Assembly (NCBI GenBank): GCA_030038885.1
Contig: JASHQY010000051.1
Location: forward strand, 1-35,603
Length of the DNA: 35,603 bases
Direction of reading: 5' to 3'
DNA from: Thermoplasmata archaeon
Lineage (GTDB): Archaea > Thermoplasmatota > Thermoplasmata > Lutacidiplasmatales > UBA184
Position numbers and translations under genes: made by a program. Shown here piece by piece: positions 1-8,729 of this stretch. Each line of letters starts with the position of its first letter. The first letter of the stretch is position 1. Below the pieces are notes generated by a model. It searched no databases. It had not been told where the DNA came from and saw nothing but the letters and a program-made list of their open reading frames with translations.

Positions 1-555
1 CTCCTCTTTCACGACCTGACCGCCGGCCAGGAGCTCGCGATCCGCGAGATCGTCGGCATGCGCAAGCCGGTGATCGCCTCCCTGCCGGGCGTCGCGGCGG
101 GCGGGGGGTTCTCGCTCGCGCTGGCCGCCGACTGGCGCATCGCGAGCGACGCGGCGGTGCTGGTCCCGGCGTTCCCCGGCCTCGGCGCCGTGCCCGACGG
201 CGGGCTGACGTACTTCCTGCCGCATTTCCTCGGGATCGGCCTCGCGCAGGAGATCCTGTTCTCGAACGCCCGTATCCCCGCCGCGCGCGCGCGGGAGCTG
301 GGCCTCGTCCACGAGGTCGTCGCGGGTCCGGAGCTCACCGCGCGCGCCTGGGCGCGGGCGCGCGAGCTCGCCGAGGGTCCGACGCTCGCCTACGGCTGGA
401 TGAAGCGATTGATGGTCTCCGCGTTCAGCGAGAGCCTCGAGAGCCAGATGATGCTCGAGCGGCGCGGCGCGGTCGAGGCCGCGGAAGGGCCCGAGCTGGC
501 GGAGGGGATCCGCGCGTTCCGCGAGAAGCGGCCGCCGAGGTTCTCCGGACCGTAG
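1..555 (+). CDS. enoyl-CoA hydratase/isomerase (crotonase family), 5' end outside the window
   Basis: Frame 1 is open from base 1, so the M at 58 is internal. The text KPVIASLPGVAAGGGFSLALAADWRIAS, with the crotonase oxyanion-hole G-G-G region, and the C-terminal EGIRAFREKRPP are typical of the family. Confidence 0.8.
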   Translation, partial: LLFHDLTAGQELAIREIVGMRKPVIASLPGVAAGGGFSLALAADWRIASDAAVLVPAFPGLGAVPDGGLTYFLPHFLGIGLAQEILFSNARIPAARARELGLVHEVVAGPELTARAWARARELAEGPTLAYGWMKRLMVSAFSESLESQMMLERRGAVEAAEGPELAEGIRAFREKRPPRFSGP

Positions 556-591
556 CCGGGGAGGGGTCCCCGCTCGGCGCCCCACTCGTCC

Positions 592-1236
592 TCAGCCGAT
601 CGCCCGCGGGGGGCTCCAGTCGCGCGCGAGGAACGATTCGAGCCGCGGCCGCACCGAGGGCCACTCGGAGGCGAGAATGCTGAAGTACACCGACGAGCGC
701 CGGTAGCCGTCGGGGAGCACGACGTCCTCCCGCAGCACGCCTTCCCGCGTCGCGCCGAGCCGCGCGATCGCCCGCTGCGATCGCTCGTTGCGCGCGTCGG
801 TCTGGAGCTGGACCCGGTGCACCCGCTCCACGTCGAAGGCGTGCCGGAGCATCAGGAGCTTCGCCTCGGTGTTGACCGGGGTCCGCCAGAGCGCGGGATC
901 GATCCACGTGCCCCCGATCTCGACGCTGTCGTTCCCCGGATCGATCCTAAGGAACCGGGTCATTCCGATCGGGCGGCGCGCGGGGAGGAGGCAGGTGGTG
1001 AACGGAAGGTCGGTGCCCGCCCGCTGGGCGGCGAGCAGCGTCCGGACGAGGGCTTCGACGTCCGCGCGCGAGCGCATCGGCCCGGTGCGCAGGAACTCGG
1101 TCACCTCGGGGCGACCCGCGGGGAGCCGCAACGCGTCGGCGTGGGCCCACTCCAGCGGGACGAGTTCGACGTACCGACCCGAGAGCGTCAGCGGGGTCCG
1201 GAACCCGTCGGGACGCATGGCGTCGCGAGGACCCAC
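592..1236 (-). CDS. GNAT family N-acetyltransferase (RimJ/RimL-like)
   Basis: 214-aa ORF with LVPLEWAHADAL, a QLQTDARNERSQRAIARLGATREGVLRE acetyl-CoA-binding-type core and YFSIL. The start is either GTG 1236 (GGAGG lies 3 nt upstream) or ATG 1218. Confidence 0.75.
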   Translation of the reverse strand: MGPRDAMRPDGFRTPLTLSGRYVELVPLEWAHADALRLPAGRPEVTEFLRTGPMRSRADVEALVRTLLAAQRAGTDLPFTTCLLPARRPIGMTRFLRIDPGNDSVEIGGTWIDPALWRTPVNTEAKLLMLRHAFDVERVHRVQLQTDARNERSQRAIARLGATREGVLREDVVLPDGYRRSSVYFSILASEWPSVRPRLESFLARDWSPPRAIG

Positions 1237-1301
1237 CGCCCTCCTTTAACGCCCCGCCACGCCGCTCCCGGGCGCGCCGGGCCGCGAATCGTCCCCTGAG
1301 G

Positions 1302-1309
1302 TTAAATAA
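1302..1309 (+). promoter_or_regulatory. TATA-box-like element (TTAAATAA) upstream of nuoA, with a GGAGG ribosome-binding site at 1348-1352
   Basis: This is the only AT-rich octamer in the 120-nt GC-rich gap. It lies about 50 nt upstream of GTG 1358, and GGAGG lies 5 nt before that start. Confidence 0.4.
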
Positions 1310-1357
1310 CGAAGGGAAGTCACAAAGGTACTAACCGGCGAGCGGTAGGAGGCAACG

Positions 1358-1723
1358 GTGGAAGCGGGCACCACGACGTTCCTCGTGTTCGCGATCGTGG
1401 CGACGGCGTTCGGCGTGGGTTCGATCGTCGCGAACCGCGTGCTCGGCGCCCCGCGGCGCCAGTCGTACCTCCAGAAGACGACCTACGAGTGTGGCGAGGA
1501 GGCCGAGGGCGAAGCGCAGATCGACTTCCCGACCCAGCACTACACGTTCGCGATCGTGTTCGTCGCGGTCGACGTGCTCGGGTTCATCCTCGCGCTCTGG
1601 GGCCTCACGTTCCGCGGGGTCAACTCCGGCTGGTACCCCGTGTTCATCGCGGTCGCGTTCACCGCGCTCGCGATCACGGGGATCTACTACGCGCTCAGCG
1701 GCGAGAAGAGGTGGGTCGTGTGA
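1358..1723 (+). CDS. nuoA: NADH-quinone oxidoreductase subunit A
   Basis: 121 aa with three hydrophobic helices and the YECGEE motif diagnostic of NuoA/ND3. GTG start preceded by GGAGG. Confidence 0.85.
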   Translation: MEAGTTTFLVFAIVATAFGVGSIVANRVLGAPRRQSYLQKTTYECGEEAEGEAQIDFPTQHYTFAIVFVAVDVLGFILALWGLTFRGVNSGWYPVFIAVAFTALAITGIYYALSGEKRWVV

Positions 1724-2340
1724 CGACCCCGACGGCGTCGGTGGCGCCGGCGAAGCCCCCCGGACCCGAGGGGCTCCGGCCCGAGGGCCCGCTGCCGACG
1801 GTGACCCAGGCCGCGGTCCCGTTCATCGAGATCGAGACGTTGCGCGCGAGGGAGTTCCTCCCGGCGGCGCGCGAGGCGCTCACGTCGCTGATCGCCGAGC
1901 AGGGCCAGACGAAGGTGATCCGGCCGGTCTTCAACTGGGCCGGTCGCAACTCGCTCTTTCCGCTGCACTGGGGCCTCGCGTGCTGCGCGATCGAGTTCGC
2001 CGCGGCGTTCGGGGGCCGGTGGGACGCCGAGCGGTTCGGGGTCGTCCCGCGGTCCTCGCCCCGCCAGTGCGACCTCATGATCGTCAACGGGACGGTCACC
2101 TGGAAGGTCGCGCACAAGCTGATCACGCTCTACGAGCAGATGCCGGAGCCGAAGTGGGTGATCGCGATGGGCAACTGCGCGACCGGCGGCGGACCGTTCC
2201 GCACCGCGTACTCGGTCGTTCCGGGCGTCGACAAGCTCGTGCCGGTCGATGTGTACATCGCGGGATGCCCGCCGCGGCCGGAGGCGATGCTCGACGGGAT
2301 CCTGAAACTCGAACAGCTCATCCGGGAGCGCAAGGAGTAG
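1720..2340 (+). CDS. nuoB: NADH-quinone oxidoreductase subunit B (N2 cluster subunit)
   Basis: Contains [32 protein letters not shown] and [11 protein letters not shown] (the four N2 Cys). Start taken as the GTG in a GTGA overlap with the nuoA stop. The N-terminus is Pro-rich and longer than usual, so the true start could lie further downstream. Confidence 0.85.
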   Translation: MTTPTASVAPAKPPGPEGLRPEGPLPTVTQAAVPFIEIETLRAREFLPAAREALTSLIAEQGQTKVIRPVFNWAGRNSLFPLHWGLACCAIEFAAAFGGRWDAERFGVVPRSSPRQCDLMIVNGTVTWKVAHKLITLYEQMPEPKWVIAMGNCATGGGPFRTAYSVVPGVDKLVPVDVYIAGCPPRPEAMLDGILKLEQLIRERKE

Positions 2341-2377
2341 GCGGCCCGCGGCCGTCGGAACCCCGGGGGAGTGCGCG

Positions 2378-2854
2378 GTGCAGCCGGACGACATCGCCCG
2401 CCAGCTCGCCCCGAAGCTGGGGGACGGGCTGCTCTCGGTCGAGCCGTTCCCGGGCACCGCCGGACGCGTGCGGTTCCGCTCGGAGCGGGCGCTCGAGCTT
2501 TTCCGCGCGGTGCGGGACGACCTCCACTTCGGGCACCTGTCGATGGTCGGCGCGATCGACTGGGTCGACCACCGGGAGGTCTTCTACGTCGCGTGGTCCG
2601 ACGCCGCGACCCAGTACCTGTTCCTCTCGACCGACGTGCCGGCGAGCGCCGCGCACGTCGAATCGGCGTCGTCGGTCTGGCCGAGCGCGAACTGGCACGA
2701 GCGGGAGGCGTGGGAGATGGTCGACGTGACGTTCGACAATCACCCCGACCTCCGCCACCTCCTGATGCCGGACGGCTACGCGTTCCACCCGCTCCTGCGC
2801 TCGTTCAAGCTCCACGAACCCGAGGAGCTGGAGGTGAAGTCGCGCCATGTCTGA
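2378..2854 (+). CDS. nuoC: NADH-quinone oxidoreductase subunit C (30 kDa)
   Basis: 158 aa with SVWPSANWHEREAWEMVDVTFDNHPDLRHLLMP, the canonical NuoC signature. GTG start after a GGGGGAG run. Confidence 0.85.
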   Translation: MQPDDIARQLAPKLGDGLLSVEPFPGTAGRVRFRSERALELFRAVRDDLHFGHLSMVGAIDWVDHREVFYVAWSDAATQYLFLSTDVPASAAHVESASSVWPSANWHEREAWEMVDVTFDNHPDLRHLLMPDGYAFHPLLRSFKLHEPEELEVKSRHV

Positions 2855-3992
2855 GATGTGGATCAACATGGGGCCCCAGCACCCCATGACGCACGGCCTC
2901 TGGAACCTCCGCGTGAAGATCGACGGCGAGATGATCCTCGACGTCGACCCCGAGATGGGCTACCTCCACCGGGGGATCGAGAAGATCAGCGAGGACCGGC
3001 ACTACAACGAGGTCATCACGCTGATGGACCGGTGCTGCTACGTCGCCGGCTTCGCGTGGGAGCACCTCTACATCCAGTCCGCCGAGCAGGCGCTCGGCCT
3101 CCGGCCGCCGGAGCGCGCGGAGTACCTCCGGGTCCTGTGCGACGAGTTCCAGCGGATCGCCTCGCACCTGATGTGGTACGCCGCGTTCGTCCAGGATATC
3201 GGCCTGATGAGCCCGTTCCTCTACGGGATGCGGGACCGCGACCTCGTCCTGGACCTCTTCCAGAGCTACACCGGCGCCCGCATGACCTACGAGTACATGC
3301 GGGTCGGCGGGGTCCGGAACGACGTGCCGCCGGGCTTCACCGACCAGGCCCGCAAGGTCCTCGACTGGCTCTCCGACCGGTTCGTCGAGTACGACCAGCT
3401 CTGCCTCGGGTCGACGATCTTCCGCGAGCGGTGCGACGACCTCGGGACCCTGAAGGCGAACGACTGCGTCGCCCACGGGGTCACCGGCCCGATGCTCCGG
3501 GCGGCCGGCCTGAAGCGGGACCTGCGCAAGGACCGGCCGTACGCGGCGTACGACCGGCTCGAGTTCGACGTCGCGGTCGCGGACAGCGCGGACGTCACCG
3601 CGCGCTACCTCGTCCGGATGGAGGAGATGCGCCAGTCCGTCCGGATCCTCCGCCAGGTCGTCGACTGGCTGGACCGGCACCCCGGGCCCGTGCTCGCGGA
3701 GCGGCTCCCGCGCTGGCTCGGCGCCCCGTACGCGCCGATCGGCAACGAGGGCTACCTGTTGAAGCGCCACTACGCGAAGGGCGTCGGGTTCTCCGCGGTC
3801 GAGGAGCCCCACGGCGAGGCGCAGGCATACGTCGTGAACGACGGCGGCGAGCACCCGTACCGCGTGAAGTTCCGCTCGCCGGTCTTCGCGAACATCAGCG
3901 CCGCGCGCCAGTACCTGGTCGGCTACCACGTCGCCGACATCCCGCCGATCATGGGCAGCGTCGACGTCTGCGTCGGGGAGGTCGACCGGTAG
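2847..3992 (+). CDS. nuoD: NADH-quinone oxidoreductase subunit D (49 kDa)
   Basis: 381 aa. NMGPQHPMTHGLWNLRVKIDGE, GYLHRGIEK and the C-terminal IMGSVDVCVGEVDR are canonical NuoD. Overlaps nuoC by 8 nt. Confidence 0.9.
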   Translation: MSEMWINMGPQHPMTHGLWNLRVKIDGEMILDVDPEMGYLHRGIEKISEDRHYNEVITLMDRCCYVAGFAWEHLYIQSAEQALGLRPPERAEYLRVLCDEFQRIASHLMWYAAFVQDIGLMSPFLYGMRDRDLVLDLFQSYTGARMTYEYMRVGGVRNDVPPGFTDQARKVLDWLSDRFVEYDQLCLGSTIFRERCDDLGTLKANDCVAHGVTGPMLRAAGLKRDLRKDRPYAAYDRLEFDVAVADSADVTARYLVRMEEMRQSVRILRQVVDWLDRHPGPVLAERLPRWLGAPYAPIGNEGYLLKRHYAKGVGFSAVEEPHGEAQAYVVNDGGEHPYRVKFRSPVFANISAARQYLVGYHVADIPPIMGSVDVCVGEVDR

Positions 3993-3998
3993 GGTCCC

Positions 3999-5129
3999 AT
4001 GGCGAGCGCCACCCTCTACTCCGTGTCCGACGGCCTCGCGAGCGCGCTGCTGCACGCGCTCGGTTCGGTCCTGCCGGGCCCGGCGCGCGCGGCCGTCACG
4101 AACCCGAACGTGATCGTCGGGCTGGCCGTGCTGATCTTCGCGGTCATCCTGCTCGCCGCGAGCATGCTCAACACGATCCTATTGATCTGGTGGGAGCGCA
4201 AGCTGCTCGGGCGGTTCATGGACCGGCGGGGCGCGATGCACGTCGGGTTTGCGGGGCTGCTCCAGAACTTCGCGGACGGCCTCAAGCTCTTCCGGAAGAA
4301 CACCTTCCAGCCGCAGGAGGCCGATCCGCTCGGCTTCTACACCGGCCCGTGCGCCTACATGGTCACGTCGCTGATCATCTTCGGCGTCCTGCCGATCTCG
4401 TCCGGCTGGAACGCGGGGACCCTCCCGCTCACGCTGCTCCTCGCGCTCGCGATCTTCTCGTTCGCCCCGCTGTTCATCTTCGTCAGCGCGTGGTCGAGCA
4501 ACAACAAGTACTCGCTGATGGGCGGGATGCGCTCCGCCGCGCAGATGATCGCGTACGAGGTCCCGATCCTCCTCGCGGTCGTCGCGGTGATCCTCGTCGC
4601 GGGGAGCTTCAACCTCACGACGATCGTCTACGAGCAGCAGAACTACTGGTTCTGGGGCCCGCTGGTCGTCGCGCTGATCGTGTTCGTCGCGGGGATGCTC
4701 GCGGAGATGGAGCGGATCCCGTTCGACCTTCCCGAGGCCGAGGCCGAGCTCGTCGAAGGGTGGAACACCGAGTACGGCGGGATGCTCTTCGCGTTCTTCA
4801 TGCTCGCCGACTACCTCCGCGCGCTGGTCGGCTCGATCCTCGTCGTGCTCCTGTTCCTTGGCGGCTGGACGATGCCGACCTGGGTCCCGGGCGCGCTCAC
4901 GTCGTTCCCGCTCGCGGGGATCTTCTGGTTCATGGTCAAGACCTACACCGTGTTCGGCCTGTTCGTCTGGGTCCGCGCGTCGCTGCCCCGGGTCCGGACG
5001 GACCAGCTCCTGCGCGTGGGGTGGAACCGGATGATCCCGCTGAGCCTCCTGTCGATCTTCCTCGCCGCCGTCCTCGTCACCGTGAAGTGCCTGCCGCTCC
5101 TCGGCTGCGTGCCGGGCGTGGGCAGCTAA
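3999..5129 (+). CDS. nuoH: NADH-quinone oxidoreductase subunit H
   Basis: 376 aa polytopic membrane protein with WWERKLLGRFMDRRG, SNNKYSLMGGMRSAAQMIAYEV, ERIPFDLPEAEAELVEGWNTEY and RASLPRVRTDQLL. Confidence 0.9.
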   Translation: MASATLYSVSDGLASALLHALGSVLPGPARAAVTNPNVIVGLAVLIFAVILLAASMLNTILLIWWERKLLGRFMDRRGAMHVGFAGLLQNFADGLKLFRKNTFQPQEADPLGFYTGPCAYMVTSLIIFGVLPISSGWNAGTLPLTLLLALAIFSFAPLFIFVSAWSSNNKYSLMGGMRSAAQMIAYEVPILLAVVAVILVAGSFNLTTIVYEQQNYWFWGPLVVALIVFVAGMLAEMERIPFDLPEAEAELVEGWNTEYGGMLFAFFMLADYLRALVGSILVVLLFLGGWTMPTWVPGALTSFPLAGIFWFMVKTYTVFGLFVWVRASLPRVRTDQLLRVGWNRMIPLSLLSIFLAAVLVTVKCLPLLGCVPGVGS

Positions 5130-5142
5130 GCGAGGAGTTCCG

Positions 5143-5922
5143 ATGGCCAGTCCGATCACCGCCAAGGAGAAGCCGAGCGAGAACCCGATCCTCTTCGTCG
5201 CGCGGCCGATGGCGACCGCCGCGCGCCAGTTCGCGAAGAGCCTGATCCGGCCCGCGACAATCGTCTACCCGTACGAGCGCCTCGAGGATCCGACGTTCCG
5301 CGACCGGGTCGCGGTCGCGTCCGGGCGGCCGATCGGGGTCGGCCACGTCTGGGACAACTACCGCGGGGTGCACGCGCTGAACATCGCGACGTGCATCAGC
5401 TGCAACCTGTGCGCGTTCTCCTGCCCGGACCTGTGCATCGAGATGGTCACGGTGCCGGGCGGCGACCCCAAGCACCCGAAGAAGTGCCCGGAGATCGACT
5501 ACGGGAAGTGCAGCTACTGCGGCTTCTGCTCGGACGCGTGCCCGGAGGGCTGCCTCACGATGACGACCCGCTACGAGCTCTCGGTCGCGCGCCGCGCGGA
5601 GATGGTCTACTCGCCCGAGAAGCTCTACGACGTGTTCCGCACGAAGCTCCCGATGAACCCGATCCGGGTCGAACGCCCGGCGAACGAGGACGCGATCCTG
5701 CTCGACCCGCCGCTGTGCATCGGCTGCAACGCGTGCTCCCGCGACTGCCCGACGCAGTGCATCACGATGCTCGACATCCCGAAGCCGGCCGCGAAGCCCG
5801 GCGAGAAGCAGACGAAGCGGATCTGGAAGGAGCCGGTGATCAACGATTCCGATTGCGTGCGCTGCGGCACGTGCATCAGCGTCTGTCCCAAAGAGTGCCT
5901 GTTCTGGGGGACGCGCAAGTGA
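5143..5922 (+). CDS. nuoI: NADH-quinone oxidoreductase subunit I with an extra C-terminal 2x[4Fe-4S] ferredoxin-like domain
   Basis: 259 aa with four CxxCxxCxxxCP motifs: CISCNLCAFSCP, CSYCGFCSDACP, CIGCNACSRDCP and CVRCGTCISVCP. GAGGAG lies 7 nt before the ATG. Confidence 0.85.
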   Translation: MASPITAKEKPSENPILFVARPMATAARQFAKSLIRPATIVYPYERLEDPTFRDRVAVASGRPIGVGHVWDNYRGVHALNIATCISCNLCAFSCPDLCIEMVTVPGGDPKHPKKCPEIDYGKCSYCGFCSDACPEGCLTMTTRYELSVARRAEMVYSPEKLYDVFRTKLPMNPIRVERPANEDAILLDPPLCIGCNACSRDCPTQCITMLDIPKPAAKPGEKQTKRIWKEPVINDSDCVRCGTCISVCPKECLFWGTRK

Positions 5923-6407
5923 GCCTCGAGGAACTGGCGTTCCTCGCCCTGGCACTGGTCGCGATCGCGACCGCCGCCGCCGCGCTGCTCGTCCGCGAGC
6001 TCGTCCACACGATCCTGTGGATCGCGATCTTCTTCGTCGACCTCTCGGCGATCTACTTCCTCCTCGACGCCCCGTTCTTGGGGGTCCTCCAGCTCGGGGT
6101 CTACGCCGGGGCGGTCACGATCCTGCTCCTGTTCGGGATCATGACGACCCGCAAGCGGATCTTCTCCCGCGAGTCGGCGACCGGGATCGGGCCGGTGCCG
6201 GTCGCGCTCGCGCTCGTGACGTTCGTCTTCCTCGTCTCCGCGCTCGGCGAGCTCCCCCCGTCGACCTCGACGATCGCGACGTACGACCCGACCGCGCTCT
6301 CCGAGAACCTCTTCGGACCGAACGGCCCGTGGCTCCTGCTGCTCGGGCTGATCATGCTCGCGGGGGTCGCGGGCGCGATCTACCTCGTCCGGGAGGGCCG
6401 CGAATGA
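5919..6407 (+). CDS. nuoJ: NADH-quinone oxidoreductase subunit J
   Basis: GTG in a GTGA overlap with the nuoI stop. 162 aa hydrophobic protein with AIYFLLDAPFLGVLQLGVYAGAVTILLLF, typical of NuoJ/ND6. The track ORF from 5391 is an in-frame read-through of nuoI sequence. Confidence 0.8.
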   Translation: MSLEELAFLALALVAIATAAAALLVRELVHTILWIAIFFVDLSAIYFLLDAPFLGVLQLGVYAGAVTILLLFGIMTTRKRIFSRESATGIGPVPVALALVTFVFLVSALGELPPSTSTIATYDPTALSENLFGPNGPWLLLLGLIMLAGVAGAIYLVREGRE

Positions 6408-6721
6408 CCGAGCTCGCGCTCACCGGGTTCCTCGGGCTCTCCGCCGCGCTCGTCGGGATCGGGATCTTCGGGATCCTCACGCGCCGGAACTTCATCCTGC
6501 TCCTGATCTCGGTCGAGATCGCGATGAACGCCGCGATCCTGAACTTCGTGTACTTCGCGGCGTTCCCCTCGGGGACCCACGGGCTCTCGGGCCAGGCGAT
6601 CACGGTCGTGCTGATCGGGTTCGCGGCGACCGAGGTCGCGGTCGGGCTCGCGATCGTGCTCGCGCTGAACCGCCTCAAGGGAACGATCAACGTCGCGCGC
6701 GCGACCGAGCTGAAGCTGTAG
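6404..6721 (+). CDS. nuoK: NADH-quinone oxidoreductase subunit K
   Basis: ATG in an ATGA overlap with the nuoJ stop. 105 aa with three helices; GIFGILTRRNFILLLISVEIAMNAAILNFV and the conserved membrane Glu residues. Confidence 0.85.
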   Translation: MTELALTGFLGLSAALVGIGIFGILTRRNFILLLISVEIAMNAAILNFVYFAAFPSGTHGLSGQAITVVLIGFAATEVAVGLAIVLALNRLKGTINVARATELKL

Positions 6722-6881
6722 GGGGGAGTCGCTCACGGTCTCGCTCAACGTCCTCTTCGCGTGGGCGTTCGTCGTACCGCTGCTCTCGGTCGCCTCGTTC
6801 GTCCTGGTCGGGTTCCTCGGCCCCCGCCTGCGCCGCCTCGAGTGGGGCGGCTGGATCGGGGTCGGATGCTCCGCGGCCGCG

Positions 6882-8729
6882 ATGGTGCTCGGCGTGCTGA
6901 TCGCGTTCGGGGAGATGCTGAGCCCCGGCACGTACACGAACGTCCAGATCACGTGGCTCCACCTGCCGCCCGCGCCCGGCCCGTTCCCGAACGGCTTCTC
7001 GCTGGTCATGGGGACGCTGGTCGACCCGATCTCCTCGCTGATGCTCGTCGTCGTGACGGTCGTCGGCTTCCTCGTGATGCTGTACTCGATCGGGTACATG
7101 CACTCCGACCGCGGGCTCCCGCGCTACTACGCGGAGATGTCGCTCTTCCTCGCGGCGATGACCGGCCTCGTCCTCGCGAACAACCTCCTCGAGTTCTTCC
7201 TGTTCTGGGAGCTCGTCGGGGTCTGCTCGTACTTCCTCATCGGCTTCTACTACGAGAAGCCGAGCGCGGCGAGCGCCGCGAAGGAGGCGTTCCTCGTCAC
7301 GCGCATCGGGGACGTGCTGTTCCTCCTCGGGATCTTCCTCTACTTCTCGACCTACGCGACCGCCGGCCCCGACGGGGGCTGGGCAGCGAACGGCTTCGTG
7401 TTCGCCCACAACAGCGTGCCGTTCCTCCCGCTCCCCGGCGCGAACACGACGACCCTCACGATCGCGGGGCTCCTGATCCTCGGCGGCGCGGCGGGCAAGA
7501 GCGCGCAGTTCCCGCTCCACGTCTGGCTGCCGGACGCGATGGAGGGCCCGACGACCGTCTCGGCGCTGATCCACGCGGCGACGATGGTCGCCGCGGGCGT
7601 CTACCTGCTCGCGGTCGCGAGCGTCTTCCTCGGCTTCACGCCGACCGACCAGCTCGCGATCGTCGCGGTCGGAGGGTTCACCGCGTTCTTCGCGGCGACG
7701 ATGGCGGTCGTCCATCCCGACATCAAGCGGGTGATCGCCTACTCGACGATCAGCCAGCTCGGCTACATGGTGCTCGCGATCGGCGCCGGGTTCGCGATGG
7801 TCGGCCTCTACCATCTGTTCACGCACGCGTTCTTCAAGGCCCTCCTCTTCCTCGCGGCGGGCTCGGTCATCCACGCGGTCGGCACGCAGGATCTGTTCCG
7901 GATGGGCGGCCTCAAGAAGCACATGCGGCTCACCGCGGCCGCGTTCGCGATCGGCGGCCTCGCGCTCGCGGGGATCCCGCCGTTCGCCGGGTTCTGGAGC
8001 AAGGACGACATCCTCGCGTCGGTCTACTCGCAGCTCGGGACCCACCCGCTCTACTGGCCGTTCTTCGTGCTCGCGTTCTCCGCGGTCTTCCTGACGGCGT
8101 ACTACATCTTCCGCGCCTGGTTCCTCGCGTTCTCGGGCGACGGTCCGCGCGACCCGACGCTCCCGGCCGCCCACGAGGGCCCGTGGGTCATGCAGGTCCC
8201 GCTGGTCGTCCTGTCCGCGTTCGCGGTCGTCGCGGGCCTCTTCGTGTTCGTCCCCGGATTCCAGCACCTCCTGGTCCAGGGCACGGTGCTCGGCGGGATC
8301 CCGCCGACGTACCCGGCCACCGACCTCGCGCTCTCCTCGATCAGCGTCGCGCTCGGGCTCGGGGGGATCGGGCTCGCCTGGACGCTCTGGGGGAACGGGC
8401 GGGTCTTCTCCCTCGCGGAGACGAGCCCGGTGCAGCCGCTCCGCCGGCTGCTCCTGAACCGCTACTACTTCAAGGCCGGCTACGACGCGATCGGGCTGCG
8501 CGCGGTGTACCCCTTCGCGCGGGCGACGGACTTCGTCGACCGCTTCGTGATCGACGGGACGGTCCGCGGGCTTGAGCGGATGTTCGGGGCGGGGAGCGAC
8601 CGGCTCCGCTCGATCCAGTCCGGGCTCGTGTCCGACTACGCGGCCTACGTGGTCGCCGGCCTCCTCGCGCTGTTCGTCCTCCTGCTGATCGTCGGCCCGT
8701 ACCTGCTCGGGCGCTTCGGGGGCGGATAG
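6882..8729 (+). CDS. nuoL: NADH-quinone oxidoreductase subunit L (antiporter-like). The coordinate given is the first canonical start, and the true N-terminus probably lies upstream (see findings).
   Basis: 615 aa with WELVGVCSYFLIGFYY, GKSAQFPLHVWLPDAMEGPTTVSALIHAATMV and the long C-terminal lateral-helix region. The in-frame sequence from 6714 to 6881 encodes a NuoL-type first transmembrane helix. Confidence 0.85.
   Translation: MVLGVLIAFGEMLSPGTYTNVQITWLHLPPAPGPFPNGFSLVMGTLVDPISSLMLVVVTVVGFLVMLYSIGYMHSDRGLPRYYAEMSLFLAAMTGLVLANNLLEFFLFWELVGVCSYFLIGFYYEKPSAASAAKEAFLVTRIGDVLFLLGIFLYFSTYATAGPDGGWAANGFVFAHNSVPFLPLPGANTTTLTIAGLLILGGAAGKSAQFPLHVWLPDAMEGPTTVSALIHAATMVAAGVYLLAVASVFLGFTPTDQLAIVAVGGFTAFFAATMAVVHPDIKRVIAYSTISQLGYMVLAIGAGFAMVGLYHLFTHAFFKALLFLAAGSVIHAVGTQDLFRMGGLKKHMRLTAAAFAIGGLALAGIPPFAGFWSKDDILASVYSQLGTHPLYWPFFVLAFSAVFLTAYYIFRAWFLAFSGDGPRDPTLPAAHEGPWVMQVPLVVLSAFAVVAGLFVFVPGFQHLLVQGTVLGGIPPTYPATDLALSSISVALGLGGIGLAWTLWGNGRVFSLAETSPVQPLRRLLLNRYYFKAGYDAIGLRAVYPFARATDFVDRFVIDGTVRGLERMFGAGSDRLRSIQSGLVSDYAAYVVAGLLALFVLLLIVGPYLLGRFGGG

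Noticed and set aside
2858-5245. 795-aa plus-strand ORF overlapping nuoD and nuoH in another frame; the 416-aa ORF at 2805-4055 on the minus strand is similar
   Set aside because: The translation is Arg/Pro/Gly/Ala-rich. The real frames carry canonical NuoD and NuoH signatures.
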